NCBI GenBank assembly: GCA_963667015.2
Contig: CAXXJJ010000004.1
Span: 3,648,001-3,712,000, forward strand
DNA from: Desulfatiglandales bacterium
GTDB lineage: Bacteria; Desulfobacterota; DSM-4660; Desulfatiglandales; HGW-15
Direction of reading: 5' to 3'
Length of the DNA: 64,000 bases
This document shows positions 22,162 through 31,299 of this stretch, piece by piece; positions within the stretch are counted from its first letter, which is position 1, and every line of letters starts with the position of its first letter. Below the pieces are notes generated by a model that saw only the letters and a program-made list of their open reading frames with translations, was not told the origin of the DNA and searched no databases. The translations under genes and the position numbers were made by a program.

Positions 22162-22683
22162 CTATTTTGAATCGTACAGTTTCATTATCTGATCTGTTAT
22201 ATCAATGGCGTCATCAGATGCCACAGCGCTGCTTTTTTCAAGTATTAAAGAGAGCTTTTCTTTTTTAAGGTATTCAACTGACAGGGCCTTTATCTCCGTT
22301 AAAAACTTACGGGTCATATCTGCTTCCTTGGACTTCAACTCGGCCTCAATCTCTTCCTGCATGCGCTTTAGATCTCTTGCTTCCCTCCGAAGTTTGTCTG
22401 ATTTTTCTCTGTAAACATCATCGGTCATTCTGTTACCATTGTTTTTCAGATCATCTTCAAGCGCCTTCGCCTCACCCTGTTTTTTCATGAAATCCTGTCT
22501 TTTTGCATCAAGCTCCCTGGAGAACTCATCCCGATATTTATTAATTTTTTCGGACTTCAAAACAATTTTTTGAGTATCTAAAATACCGATTTTTAAATCT
22601 GCAGCATAGGTAGAAAAAATACAGGTTGAAATAAATGCTACAATACAGACAAATATAAATGGGAGTCGTTTCATGGCAATCAT
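22162..22683 (-). CDS. OmpH/Skp periplasmic chaperone
   Basis: Signal peptide, KIGILDTQKI, coiled coil, DITDQIMKLYD. Confidence 0.9.
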   Translation of the reverse strand: MIAMKRLPFIFVCIVAFISTCIFSTYAADLKIGILDTQKIVLKSEKINKYRDEFSRELDAKRQDFMKKQGEAKALEDDLKNNGNRMTDDVYREKSDKLRREARDLKRMQEEIEAELKSKEADMTRKFLTEIKALSVEYLKKEKLSLILEKSSAVASDDAIDITDQIMKLYDSK

Positions 22684-22764
22684 CCTTTCAATAAGATATT
22701 GATAGCTTACTAATTCAGAGGCGCAGAAAAGTCAAGTGAGACATTTTCAGGAATTTTTTAGGAA

Positions 22765-24282
22765 TTAAAACCTGTATTCTATTCCAAGGGTATACATGTT
22801 CCTTGTGTAATCATAGATGCCAATGTTTGAGTCGGTCCTGACCCTTGTATACTGTGTAACTACAGTGACGTCATTTTCCCAGTCCCATGAAAAACCTCCT
22901 GAAAAAGCAAACACCTTGTCTTCCCTTGTTACATCAAAAACATTATGCCGATTGTCAAATTTCTGATCATTGAACTGACTGCTTAATTGAAGCTTTATTT
23001 TTTCATATACGGGCATGGCATAATTGATTGAAAAACCGAGATTGCTGTTATCCCAGTTTCTTCCGTCAGTATCCTGCCGGTCAGCCTGAAATCTTAAATT
23101 AAGGAAATAATCCTTTTTAAAGAGCCATAACCAGCTTATATAACTTCTGTATCCACTGGAATCCCGGTCCTCTTCCGGGGCAAGCGGATCCCTGAAATAT
23201 CTGGTATTTGTATATCCTGAAAAAATTTCCAGCAGTTGATTTCCGTTAATTGCCATCCTGAGGAGAGGTCCTGTACTGAATGAACCGGAGTATCCCTTAT
23301 ACCCCGGGTCTCTTACCATCGCGTGACTGTAGTTTGTTGAGAGGTAAACGGCATATTCTCCAAAATTATACCCCGGGGTAATGGATATGCTGTTGGACAG
23401 CGAATCATGGGTAAACCTGTTCTTGTCATGAACGCTGGAACCCAGGGCATACTGGGCACTGAAAAGCCACGGCCCATTGAGTCGGGGGGAGAAGTTTACA
23501 CGAAATAAGGTATTTAAAACTCCGCTGCTCTCATTAGTGATGCCTGCTGCAAACGACTGGTCATTCGGTTTAAGGACCATATTATCATCATACTGCCCAA
23601 ACACCCCTAATGTGAACCTGAAGGGCTTTTCGCGGTTTATTCTCTGTTTCACTGCATCCAGATACTGCCTTGCAAATCCGGCAAGGTCAGACTGGGGATC
23701 ATTCACTATTGCGGCCTCAAAACTCTTCCTGGCGTCATTTAACCGACGGTCTTTCACATAACTAAGGGCAATCTGGATATCAGCGGCCTGAGATATCTTG
23801 GGATCAATTGATTTGGCATTTACGAATGATTCTGCCGCTTCCCTGTTTTTTCCTTCCTGCTTAAATATAAGCCCTTTTAGAAAGGCGATCTTTGCCGGGA
23901 AGATATTCTCCTTTTCAGCTACTTCAATCCATTTCTTTGCAACGTCCAGTTTACCCAGTTGTGTTGCAACATCAACAACCTCTACAAGTGCCTCTTTTAT
24001 TCTGGGGGTGAGTGTGACAGAGTCCAGGAGGTTATTCAGGGATTTCTCATAAGCCATTGTCTGTTTATAGGCCATTCCAAGGAAGAATGCGGCAACAGAG
24101 GATTCAGGTTCATTTTTCCTGGCCTCTGCCAGGGTAACGATAGCCTCTTCATAGCTCTCGTCCTTATATTCTTCTATCCCCCTTTTAATGAGCGGCGACT
24201 GCTGGCAAAAACCATTAAGGGGAATAAGTACAAATAATATCAGAAAAAGGAAAGATAATGTTTTTTTCGCAAAGTTTCTCAT
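22765..24282 (-). CDS. TPR + outer-membrane beta-barrel protein (Slam/DUF560-like)
   Basis: Signal peptide, N-terminal TPRs, QYDDNM motif, alternating beta-strands, C-terminal YRF beta-signal. Confidence 0.75.
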   Translation of the reverse strand: MRNFAKKTLSFLFLILFVLIPLNGFCQQSPLIKRGIEEYKDESYEEAIVTLAEARKNEPESSVAAFFLGMAYKQTMAYEKSLNNLLDSVTLTPRIKEALVEVVDVATQLGKLDVAKKWIEVAEKENIFPAKIAFLKGLIFKQEGKNREAAESFVNAKSIDPKISQAADIQIALSYVKDRRLNDARKSFEAAIVNDPQSDLAGFARQYLDAVKQRINREKPFRFTLGVFGQYDDNMVLKPNDQSFAAGITNESSGVLNTLFRVNFSPRLNGPWLFSAQYALGSSVHDKNRFTHDSLSNSISITPGYNFGEYAVYLSTNYSHAMVRDPGYKGYSGSFSTGPLLRMAINGNQLLEIFSGYTNTRYFRDPLAPEEDRDSSGYRSYISWLWLFKKDYFLNLRFQADRQDTDGRNWDNSNLGFSINYAMPVYEKIKLQLSSQFNDQKFDNRHNVFDVTREDKVFAFSGGFSWDWENDVTVVTQYTRVRTDSNIGIYDYTRNMYTLGIEYRF

Positions 24283-24314
24283 AACAGCCTCCTTCTACTT
24301 ATCCCTTATCGTCA

Positions 24315-24330
24315 TGCAAATCCAGTGCCT
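24315..24330 (-). promoter_or_regulatory. Sigma-54 (-24/-12) promoter
   Basis: AGGCACTGGATTTGCA (GG-N10-GC) about 33 bp upstream of an ATG that has an AGGAGG RBS. Confidence 0.65.
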
Positions 24331-24366
24331 TAAAACTTTTTTATTTGTCCGGGGATTTTATCAGCG

Positions 24367-24394
24367 CCTTGACATTGGGCATTATGGACCTTAA
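24367..24394 (+). promoter_or_regulatory. Putative clpB promoter, CCTTGACA-N15-CTTAA
   Basis: Matches the grpE upstream motif in sequence and spacing. Confidence 0.55.
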
Positions 24395-24462
24395 TTTTTT
24401 TGAGGTTAATCGATCTAATCAATTACCGGATAAAACAAATAACTGCGCAGGAGGAAGACACT

Positions 24463-27045
24463 ATGCGTTTAGATAAACTAACATTAAAGGCCCAGGAAGC
24501 CCTGAAGGAATCACAGCAGACCGCCGAAAGACTGGGGCACCAGCAGATAGAACCGGAACATATGCTAAGCGCCATATTCAACCAGAAAGACGGGGCAATC
24601 CCTCCTCTTCTGGGAAAGGTTGGAGCCAATCAGTCAGCCTTGAGTAAAACTGCAGCCGAGGCACTGGAAAAACTGCCAAAAATCTCGGGAAGCGGATACG
24701 GGCAGTCTTATATCTCTCCCAGGCTTCAGGCCGTCCTTGAACAGGCATTCAAGGAAGCAGAACAGATGAAGGATGAATATATAAGCCTTGAACATATTCT
24801 CCTTGCCATATCTGAAGAAAAGGAAGGTCAGGCCGTTAAAATTCTTAAATCTTCCGGAGTCACCAGGGACACGATCCTTGCCGCCCTTGTTGAAATCAGG
24901 GGCGGACAGAGAATTACCGACCAGAACCCTGAAGACAAATATCAGGCACTTGAGAGGTTTGGCCGGGATCTTACCGCTATTGCAGCAAAGGATAAGCTTG
25001 ATCCTGTTATAGGCCGTGATGATGAGATCAGAAGGGTAATTCAGGTCCTCTCCAGAAGAACTAAAAATAACCCTGTGCTGATCGGTGAGCCGGGCGTAGG
25101 AAAAACAGCCATTGTAGAAGGTCTGGCCCAGAGGATTATACAGGGAGATATACCTGAAACACTGAAGGATAAAAGGGTGGTAGCCCTTGATATGGGGGCA
25201 CTGGTAGCCGGGGCAAAATACAGGGGGGAATTTGAAGACAGGCTCAAGGCAGTATTAAAGGAGGTAACGGATTCGGAAGGTGAAATTATCCTTTTCATAG
25301 ATGAGATGCATACCATCGTCGGCGCCGGGGCGGCAGAAGGTGCAGTTGATGCCTCTAACATGCTTAAACCCGCCCTTGCCAGGGGAGAACTTCGGTGTGT
25401 GGGAGCCACCACCATTAAGGAATACAGGAAGTATATTGAAAAGGATGCAGCCTTTGAAAGGAGATTTCAACCAGTTCCGGTTGAAGAGCCAACGGTTGAA
25501 GATACTATCTCGATACTAAGAGGGCTTAAGGAAAAATATGAGGTGCACCATGGTGTAAGGATTCAGGACTCGGCACTGGTAGCGGCCGCAACCCTTTCGC
25601 ACAGATATATTACAGACAGGTTCCTGCCTGACAAGGCCATTGACCTTATTGATGAAGCTACATCGAGACTGAGGATAGAAATAGACAGCATGCCCGCTGA
25701 AATAGATGACGTCCAGCGCAAGATTACCCAGCTTGAGATAGAAAAACAGGCGCTCAAAAAGGAAAAGGACAGCGCCTCAAAGGACAGACTCAAGAAGATC
25801 GATGATGAGCTGAAGGAACTGAAGGCAGGCACGGAGGATATGATTAAGCACTGGAAGAGTGAAAAGGAGATTATAACCAGGATAGGTGAGATCAAGGAAA
25901 GGCTTGAGGCAACCAGGACTGCCGCCCAGGCTGCGGAGAGAGAGGGTGATCTTTCAAAGGCAGCGGAACTGAGATACGGCACGACTATCTCCCTCGAAAA
26001 AGAGTTGGAGGACCAGAACAGCAGGCTTTCCGAGCTTCAGGAAGGTAAAAAGATGCTCAAGGAAGAGGTGGACAGTGAAGATATCGCCGAGGTAATAGCC
26101 AAGTGGACAAATATCCCGGTGTCGAAACTGATGCAGGGAGAACGGGAAAAACTTATTAAAATGGAGGAGATGCTTGCAAAAAGAGTAATCGGCCAGAAAA
26201 AGGGCCTGATAGCAGTATCCAACGCAGTCCGACGGGCAAGATCAGGACTTCAGGACCCTAACCGCCCTATTGGTTCATTTATTTTCCTTGGACCCACAGG
26301 AGTTGGTAAAACAGAGCTTGCCCGGGCAGTTGCCGAATTTCTCTTTGATGATGAGCAGTACATGATAAGAATCGATATGTCCGAATATATGGAAAAACAT
26401 TCGGTCGCAAGGCTCATAGGGGCGCCTCCCGGGTATGTCGGATATGACGAGGGCGGGTATCTAACCGAGGCAGTCCGAAGACACCCCTACTCTGTAGTGC
26501 TCTTTGATGAGATTGAAAAAGCACACCCCGATGTATTCAACGCCCTGCTCCAGATACTTGACGACGGCAGGATGACGGACGGCAAAGGACGCACAGTGGA
26601 TTTTAAAAATACGGTCCTAATAATGACTTCCAATGTTGGAAGCCAGTGGATAAATGAGTTAAAGGGCAAAGATGATAAAGAGATGGAAAACAGGGTAATG
26701 GATGCCCTTAGAAATACATTCCGCCCTGAATTTCTGAACAGGATTGACGAAACTATTATATTCCATTCCCTTGGACTGGAAGAGATAAAAGAGATTGTTG
26801 ATATCCAGGTAAATATCCTGAAAAAAAGACTTGAGGGAAACAAAATCAGCCTGGAAATCACTGATAATGCAAGGGAATACCTTGCAAATGTTGGATTTGA
26901 CCCGGTATATGGAGCAAGACCTTTAAAGAGGGCAATACAGCATTATGTACAGGACCCTCTTTCAATGAAGATACTTGAAGGAGAGATTGGTGAAGGAAGT
27001 GAGGTGACTATGGATATCCGGGATGGAGAAGTCGTTTTTATGTAG
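24463..27045 (+). CDS. clpB: Chaperone ClpB
   Basis: Two AAA+ modules ([16 protein letters not shown]), coiled-coil M-domain with AAELRYG; ATG 24463 after GGAGG. Confidence 0.98.
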   Translation: MRLDKLTLKAQEALKESQQTAERLGHQQIEPEHMLSAIFNQKDGAIPPLLGKVGANQSALSKTAAEALEKLPKISGSGYGQSYISPRLQAVLEQAFKEAEQMKDEYISLEHILLAISEEKEGQAVKILKSSGVTRDTILAALVEIRGGQRITDQNPEDKYQALERFGRDLTAIAAKDKLDPVIGRDDEIRRVIQVLSRRTKNNPVLIGEPGVGKTAIVEGLAQRIIQGDIPETLKDKRVVALDMGALVAGAKYRGEFEDRLKAVLKEVTDSEGEIILFIDEMHTIVGAGAAEGAVDASNMLKPALARGELRCVGATTIKEYRKYIEKDAAFERRFQPVPVEEPTVEDTISILRGLKEKYEVHHGVRIQDSALVAAATLSHRYITDRFLPDKAIDLIDEATSRLRIEIDSMPAEIDDVQRKITQLEIEKQALKKEKDSASKDRLKKIDDELKELKAGTEDMIKHWKSEKEIITRIGEIKERLEATRTAAQAAEREGDLSKAAELRYGTTISLEKELEDQNSRLSELQEGKKMLKEEVDSEDIAEVIAKWTNIPVSKLMQGEREKLIKMEEMLAKRVIGQKKGLIAVSNAVRRARSGLQDPNRPIGSFIFLGPTGVGKTELARAVAEFLFDDEQYMIRIDMSEYMEKHSVARLIGAPPGYVGYDEGGYLTEAVRRHPYSVVLFDEIEKAHPDVFNALLQILDDGRMTDGKGRTVDFKNTVLIMTSNVGSQWINELKGKDDKEMENRVMDALRNTFRPEFLNRIDETIIFHSLGLEEIKEIVDIQVNILKKRLEGNKISLEITDNAREYLANVGFDPVYGARPLKRAIQHYVQDPLSMKILEGEIGEGSEVTMDIRDGEVVFM

Positions 27046-27050
27046 GTAGC

Positions 27051-27116
27051 CGCAAAGCGCATAGAGCGTGGAGCACAGGGTTTTTACACTTTGCGCTCTG
27101 CGCTCTGCCCTATGCT
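27051..27116. repeat. Degenerate 7-mer repeats forming an inverted hairpin between convergent genes
   Basis: GCAAAGCGCATAGAGCGTGGAGCACAGGG ... CTTTGCGCTCTGCGCTCTGCCCTATGC. Confidence 0.55.
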
Positions 27117-27448
27117 CCGTTTACCTTCTCCTTAAGCTTTTTAAAGCTCTTAAACTTTACCGTTCTTTTTGAGTTGATGAATATCTTTTCCCCTGTTTTC
27201 GGATTCCGTCCCTGCCTGGCCCATTTGAAATCTATATAGAACCTTCCGAATCCCGAAAGATGAATATTATCACCCTTTTCCAGTCTATTTTTCATGATCT
27301 CGATGAGCGAATTCACTATTCTCTCGGCCTTTTTTCTGGGTAAAAATTCATAGTTCAGTTCAGGGAAAAGAAACTGCTGGCGGATTACTTTTTTTCTTTC
27401 AATATGAACCCTGTCTATTACACTTTTAATAAGATCGGTTTTATTCAT
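27110..27448 (-). CDS. HU/IHF-family DNA-binding protein with N-terminal insertion
   Basis: MNKTDLI, IHLSGFGRF, ARQGRNPKTGE, VKFK. Confidence 0.88.
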   Translation of the reverse strand: MNKTDLIKSVIDRVHIERKKVIRQQFLFPELNYEFLPRKKAERIVNSLIEIMKNRLEKGDNIHLSGFGRFYIDFKWARQGRNPKTGEKIFINSKRTVKFKSFKKLKEKVNGA

Positions 27449-27564
27449 TGCATGGGACCCGGGGATATAAATTTAGCTGCAACACCGTTTAATTATTGGC
27501 AAGAAGTGCCATATCTGCTAGTGTTTGTCAATTATTCTAAACTATTAGGAAATTTAATTTAAAA

Positions 27565-28101
27565 ATGCATCACAACTATATTTTTCGTCATTGTCCTGTC
27601 TGCGGAGCCGAGTTCCAGTCAAAGGTTGTAAGAGAAAACGAACCGCCCAGGCTTGTCTGTAAAGATGAGTCATGTAACTTCATCTTTTACCTGGATCCAA
27701 AACTTGTTGCATGTGTAATTGTCGAGAAGGATGATAAGATTATCCTGTTAAAAAGGGCAATGAGACCTGAAAGGGGTAAATGGGTGATGCCCGGCGGGTA
27801 TATAGACAGGGGTGAAAAAGTTGAAGAGGCTGCAGTCAGAGAGACCAGGGAAGAATGTGAAATCGATATAGAACTTAAAGATCTCTTTGGTGTTTACTCA
27901 TACCCCGGATACCTTGAAGTCGTGATAGTCTATCTGGCAGAGTATAAATCAGGTATCATTGCGGCAGGAGATGAAACAACGGATACCAAACTGATAGACA
28001 TTGAAGAAATACCCTGGGACAACCTTGCCTTTGAAAGCACCAGAGATGCCCTGAAGGATTACTGCGCATTTAAAAAAAAGATCGGAAAGGAGAATTTATA
28101 A
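27565..28101 (+). CDS. NUDIX hydrolase with N-terminal zinc ribbon
   Basis: CPVCG...CxxxxC; Nudix box GGYIDRGEKVEEAAVRETREE. Confidence 0.93.
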   Translation: MHHNYIFRHCPVCGAEFQSKVVRENEPPRLVCKDESCNFIFYLDPKLVACVIVEKDDKIILLKRAMRPERGKWVMPGGYIDRGEKVEEAAVRETREECEIDIELKDLFGVYSYPGYLEVVIVYLAEYKSGIIAAGDETTDTKLIDIEEIPWDNLAFESTRDALKDYCAFKKKIGKENL

Positions 28102-29406
28102 TTGATAAACCTGAAACCTGAAAAAATAGACAGTCTGAGTAAAGAAAGAAAAAAATCCATCATGGAAAGATCCATGGAGGATATATCTTCCATATTTGAA
28201 GATACCAGAAAAATAGTAGAGGATATAAAGCAGAACGGAGACTCTGTCGCCTTAAAACATTACAAAAAGCACAAGGAAGACATAGCGCCTTCCGACCTTG
28301 AAGTAACAAGGGATGAGATTGAAGAGGCCTACAAAAAAATCGATCAGTCCATAATCGACTGCCTGAAAAAGGCCGCTGAAAATATTATCAGATTTCATGA
28401 GGCACAGCTTGAGAGGGAGATGTGGTCCATAGAGGTTAAAAAAGGCATCCTGGCAGGACGCATAACAAGACCCATGGATATTGTGGGCTGTTATATCCCC
28501 GGAGGCCGCGCCACATATCCGAGCTCAATACTGATGACCGTGCTTCCTGCAAAGGTTGCAGGGGTTAAGGATATTATCGCCGTAACACCGCCGTCGCCAG
28601 GCATGACAGCAAATCCTGCAACACTGGTTGCAGCTGACATTGCGGGATGCGACCGGATTTTCAAGGTGGGAGGCCCCTGGGGTGTGGCAGGTCTTGCATA
28701 CGGCACAGAAACCATGCCCAGGGTGGACAAGATAGTCGGTCCCGGCAACAAATTTGTTACGGCCGCAAAAATGATTGTATACGGGCAGGTAGATATCGAT
28801 TCTCCGGCAGGCCCAAGCGAATCACTCATCCTGGCCGATGAAAGCGGAAATACGGATTTTATAACAGTTGATTTCCTTTCCCAGGTAGAGCATGATCCTG
28901 ACTCCGCAGCAGTTCTTGTCACTACCTCTGCAGAACTTGCTCAAAAGGTCTGTGACAATATTGAAAGGGAATATGAAACCCTGCCCAGAAAGGAGATCTT
29001 TGAATCATCCCTTAACAAGCATTCATATGTACTCATTGCAAAGGATATTGAACAGGCAATTGATTTTACGAATGAATATGCGGCAGAGCATCTTCAGATA
29101 CTTACAAAAGATCCCTTTATCACTCTCAACTCCATAAAGCATGCAGGTTCAATATTTATGGGGCCATACGCGCCGGTACCGGTTGGCGACTATGCATCCG
29201 GAACAAACCATGTTCTCCCCACAGGCCAGTGTGCGAGGATGTTCTCCGGTCTTTCGGTTGATGATTTTATCAAAAAACCCACGTTCCAGTACCTAAGCAA
29301 AGAAGGGCTTGAGAGTTTAAAGGATGTGGTGATAACGCTGGCAGAAGAAGAAGGCTTGCCTCTTCATGCCAGAACTGTAAAAGAGAGATTTAAGGATAGT
29401 ATGTAG
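28102..29406 (+). CDS. hisD: Histidinol dehydrogenase (HisD family)
   Basis: [39 protein letters not shown]. Confidence 0.92.
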   Translation: MINLKPEKIDSLSKERKKSIMERSMEDISSIFEDTRKIVEDIKQNGDSVALKHYKKHKEDIAPSDLEVTRDEIEEAYKKIDQSIIDCLKKAAENIIRFHEAQLEREMWSIEVKKGILAGRITRPMDIVGCYIPGGRATYPSSILMTVLPAKVAGVKDIIAVTPPSPGMTANPATLVAADIAGCDRIFKVGGPWGVAGLAYGTETMPRVDKIVGPGNKFVTAAKMIVYGQVDIDSPAGPSESLILADESGNTDFITVDFLSQVEHDPDSAAVLVTTSAELAQKVCDNIEREYETLPRKEIFESSLNKHSYVLIAKDIEQAIDFTNEYAAEHLQILTKDPFITLNSIKHAGSIFMGPYAPVPVGDYASGTNHVLPTGQCARMFSGLSVDDFIKKPTFQYLSKEGLESLKDVVITLAEEEGLPLHARTVKERFKDSM

Positions 29407-29554
29407 GGGCACGGTGCCCGTGCCCTTTTTGCCTAGGGCAGAAAAACGCTTTTAATTAAATAATTGTTATTGTCTTTCTCGCCCGCTCCCTGCGGGCTCA
29501 GCGAGAGATATGTTTTTATAAAATTTCAGCTTTTAAAAAAAATTAAAAAAATTT

Positions 29555-29583
29555 TTGACAAAGCCGATTTTATTAACTATATA
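29555..29583 (+). promoter_or_regulatory. Sigma-70 promoter for the tRNA genes
   Basis: TTGACA-17bp-TATATA with A/T-rich upstream tract. Confidence 0.65.
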
Positions 29584-29601
29584 GAATGATTCTTTTTCAG
29601 A

Positions 29602-29674
29602 GGGTCGTTAGCTCAGCTGGTAGAGCAGCGGACTTTTAATCCGTTGGTCGTGGGTTCGATCCCCGCACGACCCA
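29602..29674 (+). tRNA. tRNA-Lys(TTT), CCA not encoded
   Basis: Cloverleaf; anticodon stem GCGGA/TCCGT, loop CTTTTAA; GGTTCGAT T-loop. Confidence 0.97.
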
Positions 29675-29801
29675 CTTTTTTGATTTTTTTAATGCAAATA
29701 AGCTGGTACAGCATTAAAAAATAAAAAATCAGGCTCAATAAAGCAAATTTTAGCTTGATTAATCTGAAAAAGATGCTTAGAATTAGCTTAAAATTTCCTG
29801 C

Positions 29802-29879
29802 GTCCCCATCGTCTAGCCAGGTCCAGGACACAGGCCTTTCACGCCTGCGACAGGGGTTCGAATCCCCTTGGGGACGCCA
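29802..29879 (+). tRNA. tRNA-Glu(TTC)
   Basis: Cloverleaf; anticodon stem CAGGC/GCCTG, loop CTTTCAC; ends in CCA. Confidence 0.97.
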
Positions 29880-29888
29880 TCAATACAG

Positions 29889-29928
29889 CAAAGGGTTACA
29901 TGATTTTCATGTAACCCTTTTGTTTTTA
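29889..29928 (+). terminator. Intrinsic terminator after tRNA-Glu
   Basis: AAAGGGTTACATGA-ttt-TCATGTAACCCTTT followed by a T-run. Confidence 0.8.
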
Positions 29929-30051
29929 TTTTTTTTCCATTCCCCACACTATTCCCCACATGAAAGTGGAATTAACATCTTTTTATGTTGTGGGCGTAAT
30001 CTATCAGGTTGAAATAATCAGAAATATTTTGGAAAAGTTACGGAGCCTAGC

Positions 30052-31290
30052 TTAATAGCTTACTGCTATTTCTTCTGGTTTTGGCTGCCTGATCATATGG
30101 TACTTTACGCTTATATTGAAGCCAAGTTTTTTTCCTATAGAGGCAGGAACTTGCAACAATTCTCTCTTTTTTATAATATTTTCATTGATAGAATTTACTA
30201 AAGTGGGTGTCCAATTCTCACTGACAATAATATATTCGAGTACGATCTCAGAATCACTGTCTTTTCTTGAAAATTTAACAAGATGGAAATTGGGATATAT
30301 GTCACTATACGTGTGTGCCCTGTACCAATCCTGAATATTATCTATGATGAAAAGCAAAAAAGCATAAATATTTTTATCATGAGTGATTTTTGTTAGAAAT
30401 TCATTACTTGCCACATTATGAACAGCGACGGCACTCATTGCATACTGTAAAGATTGAGATATTACCGAACCTGGAAATCCTATGCATCCTTTATTTTCAA
30501 AAATGGATCTATAAACATTTTGGCATAAAACCAAAGCGCTTACATATCCGTGGTCGTTAGCCTGATCTTTAATTATCAAATCACACAGATCATTAACTTC
30601 ATGGTCACCTAATTTCAACTTTGACTTTAAAGTGTCCTTCAGGACATCTGCCATGTTTATTGCCTCATTACCATGTTCAGGGCAACCATATTTTAAAGTT
30701 AATAGCTCATTCTCATTACCTATATCGATCGGGATATTTATATTTGAAAACCTGTGGCCCAATTCATCCATATGAAAACTATTATAGAGATTACCTAAAT
30801 GACCGGCTATTTTACCAACATATTGATACGGGTACCCAAAATCGTGTGTCGAAGCCGCCAATAACCACGTAAAAAAGATATGTCTTTCCTCTTTAAAACC
30901 AAATACCGATTCTCTATCGTTCTCAGACGGAAAATTTTTTAATAATAGCTGAAGGGTATTAATGCCGATTAGGTATACCAAGAATTGATGAAAAAAATGA
31001 TCTCTTTTCCCTATTAAAGTTAAGAATTTTTCAAACTCTCTAAATACTTCAAAATAGTTGGAAATAAGGTGCTCATTCCATAGCTGGTTCATTATTTTAC
31101 ATATTAAATCGCCTTTTTCTTCAATGCTAACATTTGGATACTTTGCCAATAAGAATTTTAAATTACCCTTATCAAATGAAGCATCACCTAAAAGGTTCCT
31201 TATTAAAGCCATTTCCGCATGCTGCTCAGCAATTATACTGTGAACTACATTTCCAGTGGGATTATACTCTTCACTTAACTTGTAAACCAT
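30052..31290 (-). CDS. HD-superfamily phosphohydrolase-like protein
   Basis: RDHFFHQ, ASTHDFGYP (HD), DHGYVSA, AVAVHN, DNIQDWYR metal-ligand pattern; AGGAG RBS overlapping the upstream stop. Confidence 0.75.
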   Translation of the reverse strand: MVYKLSEEYNPTGNVVHSIIAEQHAEMALIRNLLGDASFDKGNLKFLLAKYPNVSIEEKGDLICKIMNQLWNEHLISNYFEVFREFEKFLTLIGKRDHFFHQFLVYLIGINTLQLLLKNFPSENDRESVFGFKEERHIFFTWLLAASTHDFGYPYQYVGKIAGHLGNLYNSFHMDELGHRFSNINIPIDIGNENELLTLKYGCPEHGNEAINMADVLKDTLKSKLKLGDHEVNDLCDLIIKDQANDHGYVSALVLCQNVYRSIFENKGCIGFPGSVISQSLQYAMSAVAVHNVASNEFLTKITHDKNIYAFLLFIIDNIQDWYRAHTYSDIYPNFHLVKFSRKDSDSEIVLEYIIVSENWTPTLVNSINENIIKKRELLQVPASIGKKLGFNISVKYHMIRQPKPEEIAVSY

Positions 31291-31299
31291 ACACCACTC

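Noticed and set aside
27497..27511. Sigma-54 promoter for the HU-like gene
   Set aside because: GG-to-GC spacing is 8 rather than 10; kept only as a palindrome
29613..30012. ORFs 29613-29831 and 29755-30012
   Set aside because: They overlap tRNA-Lys and tRNA-Glu; spurious
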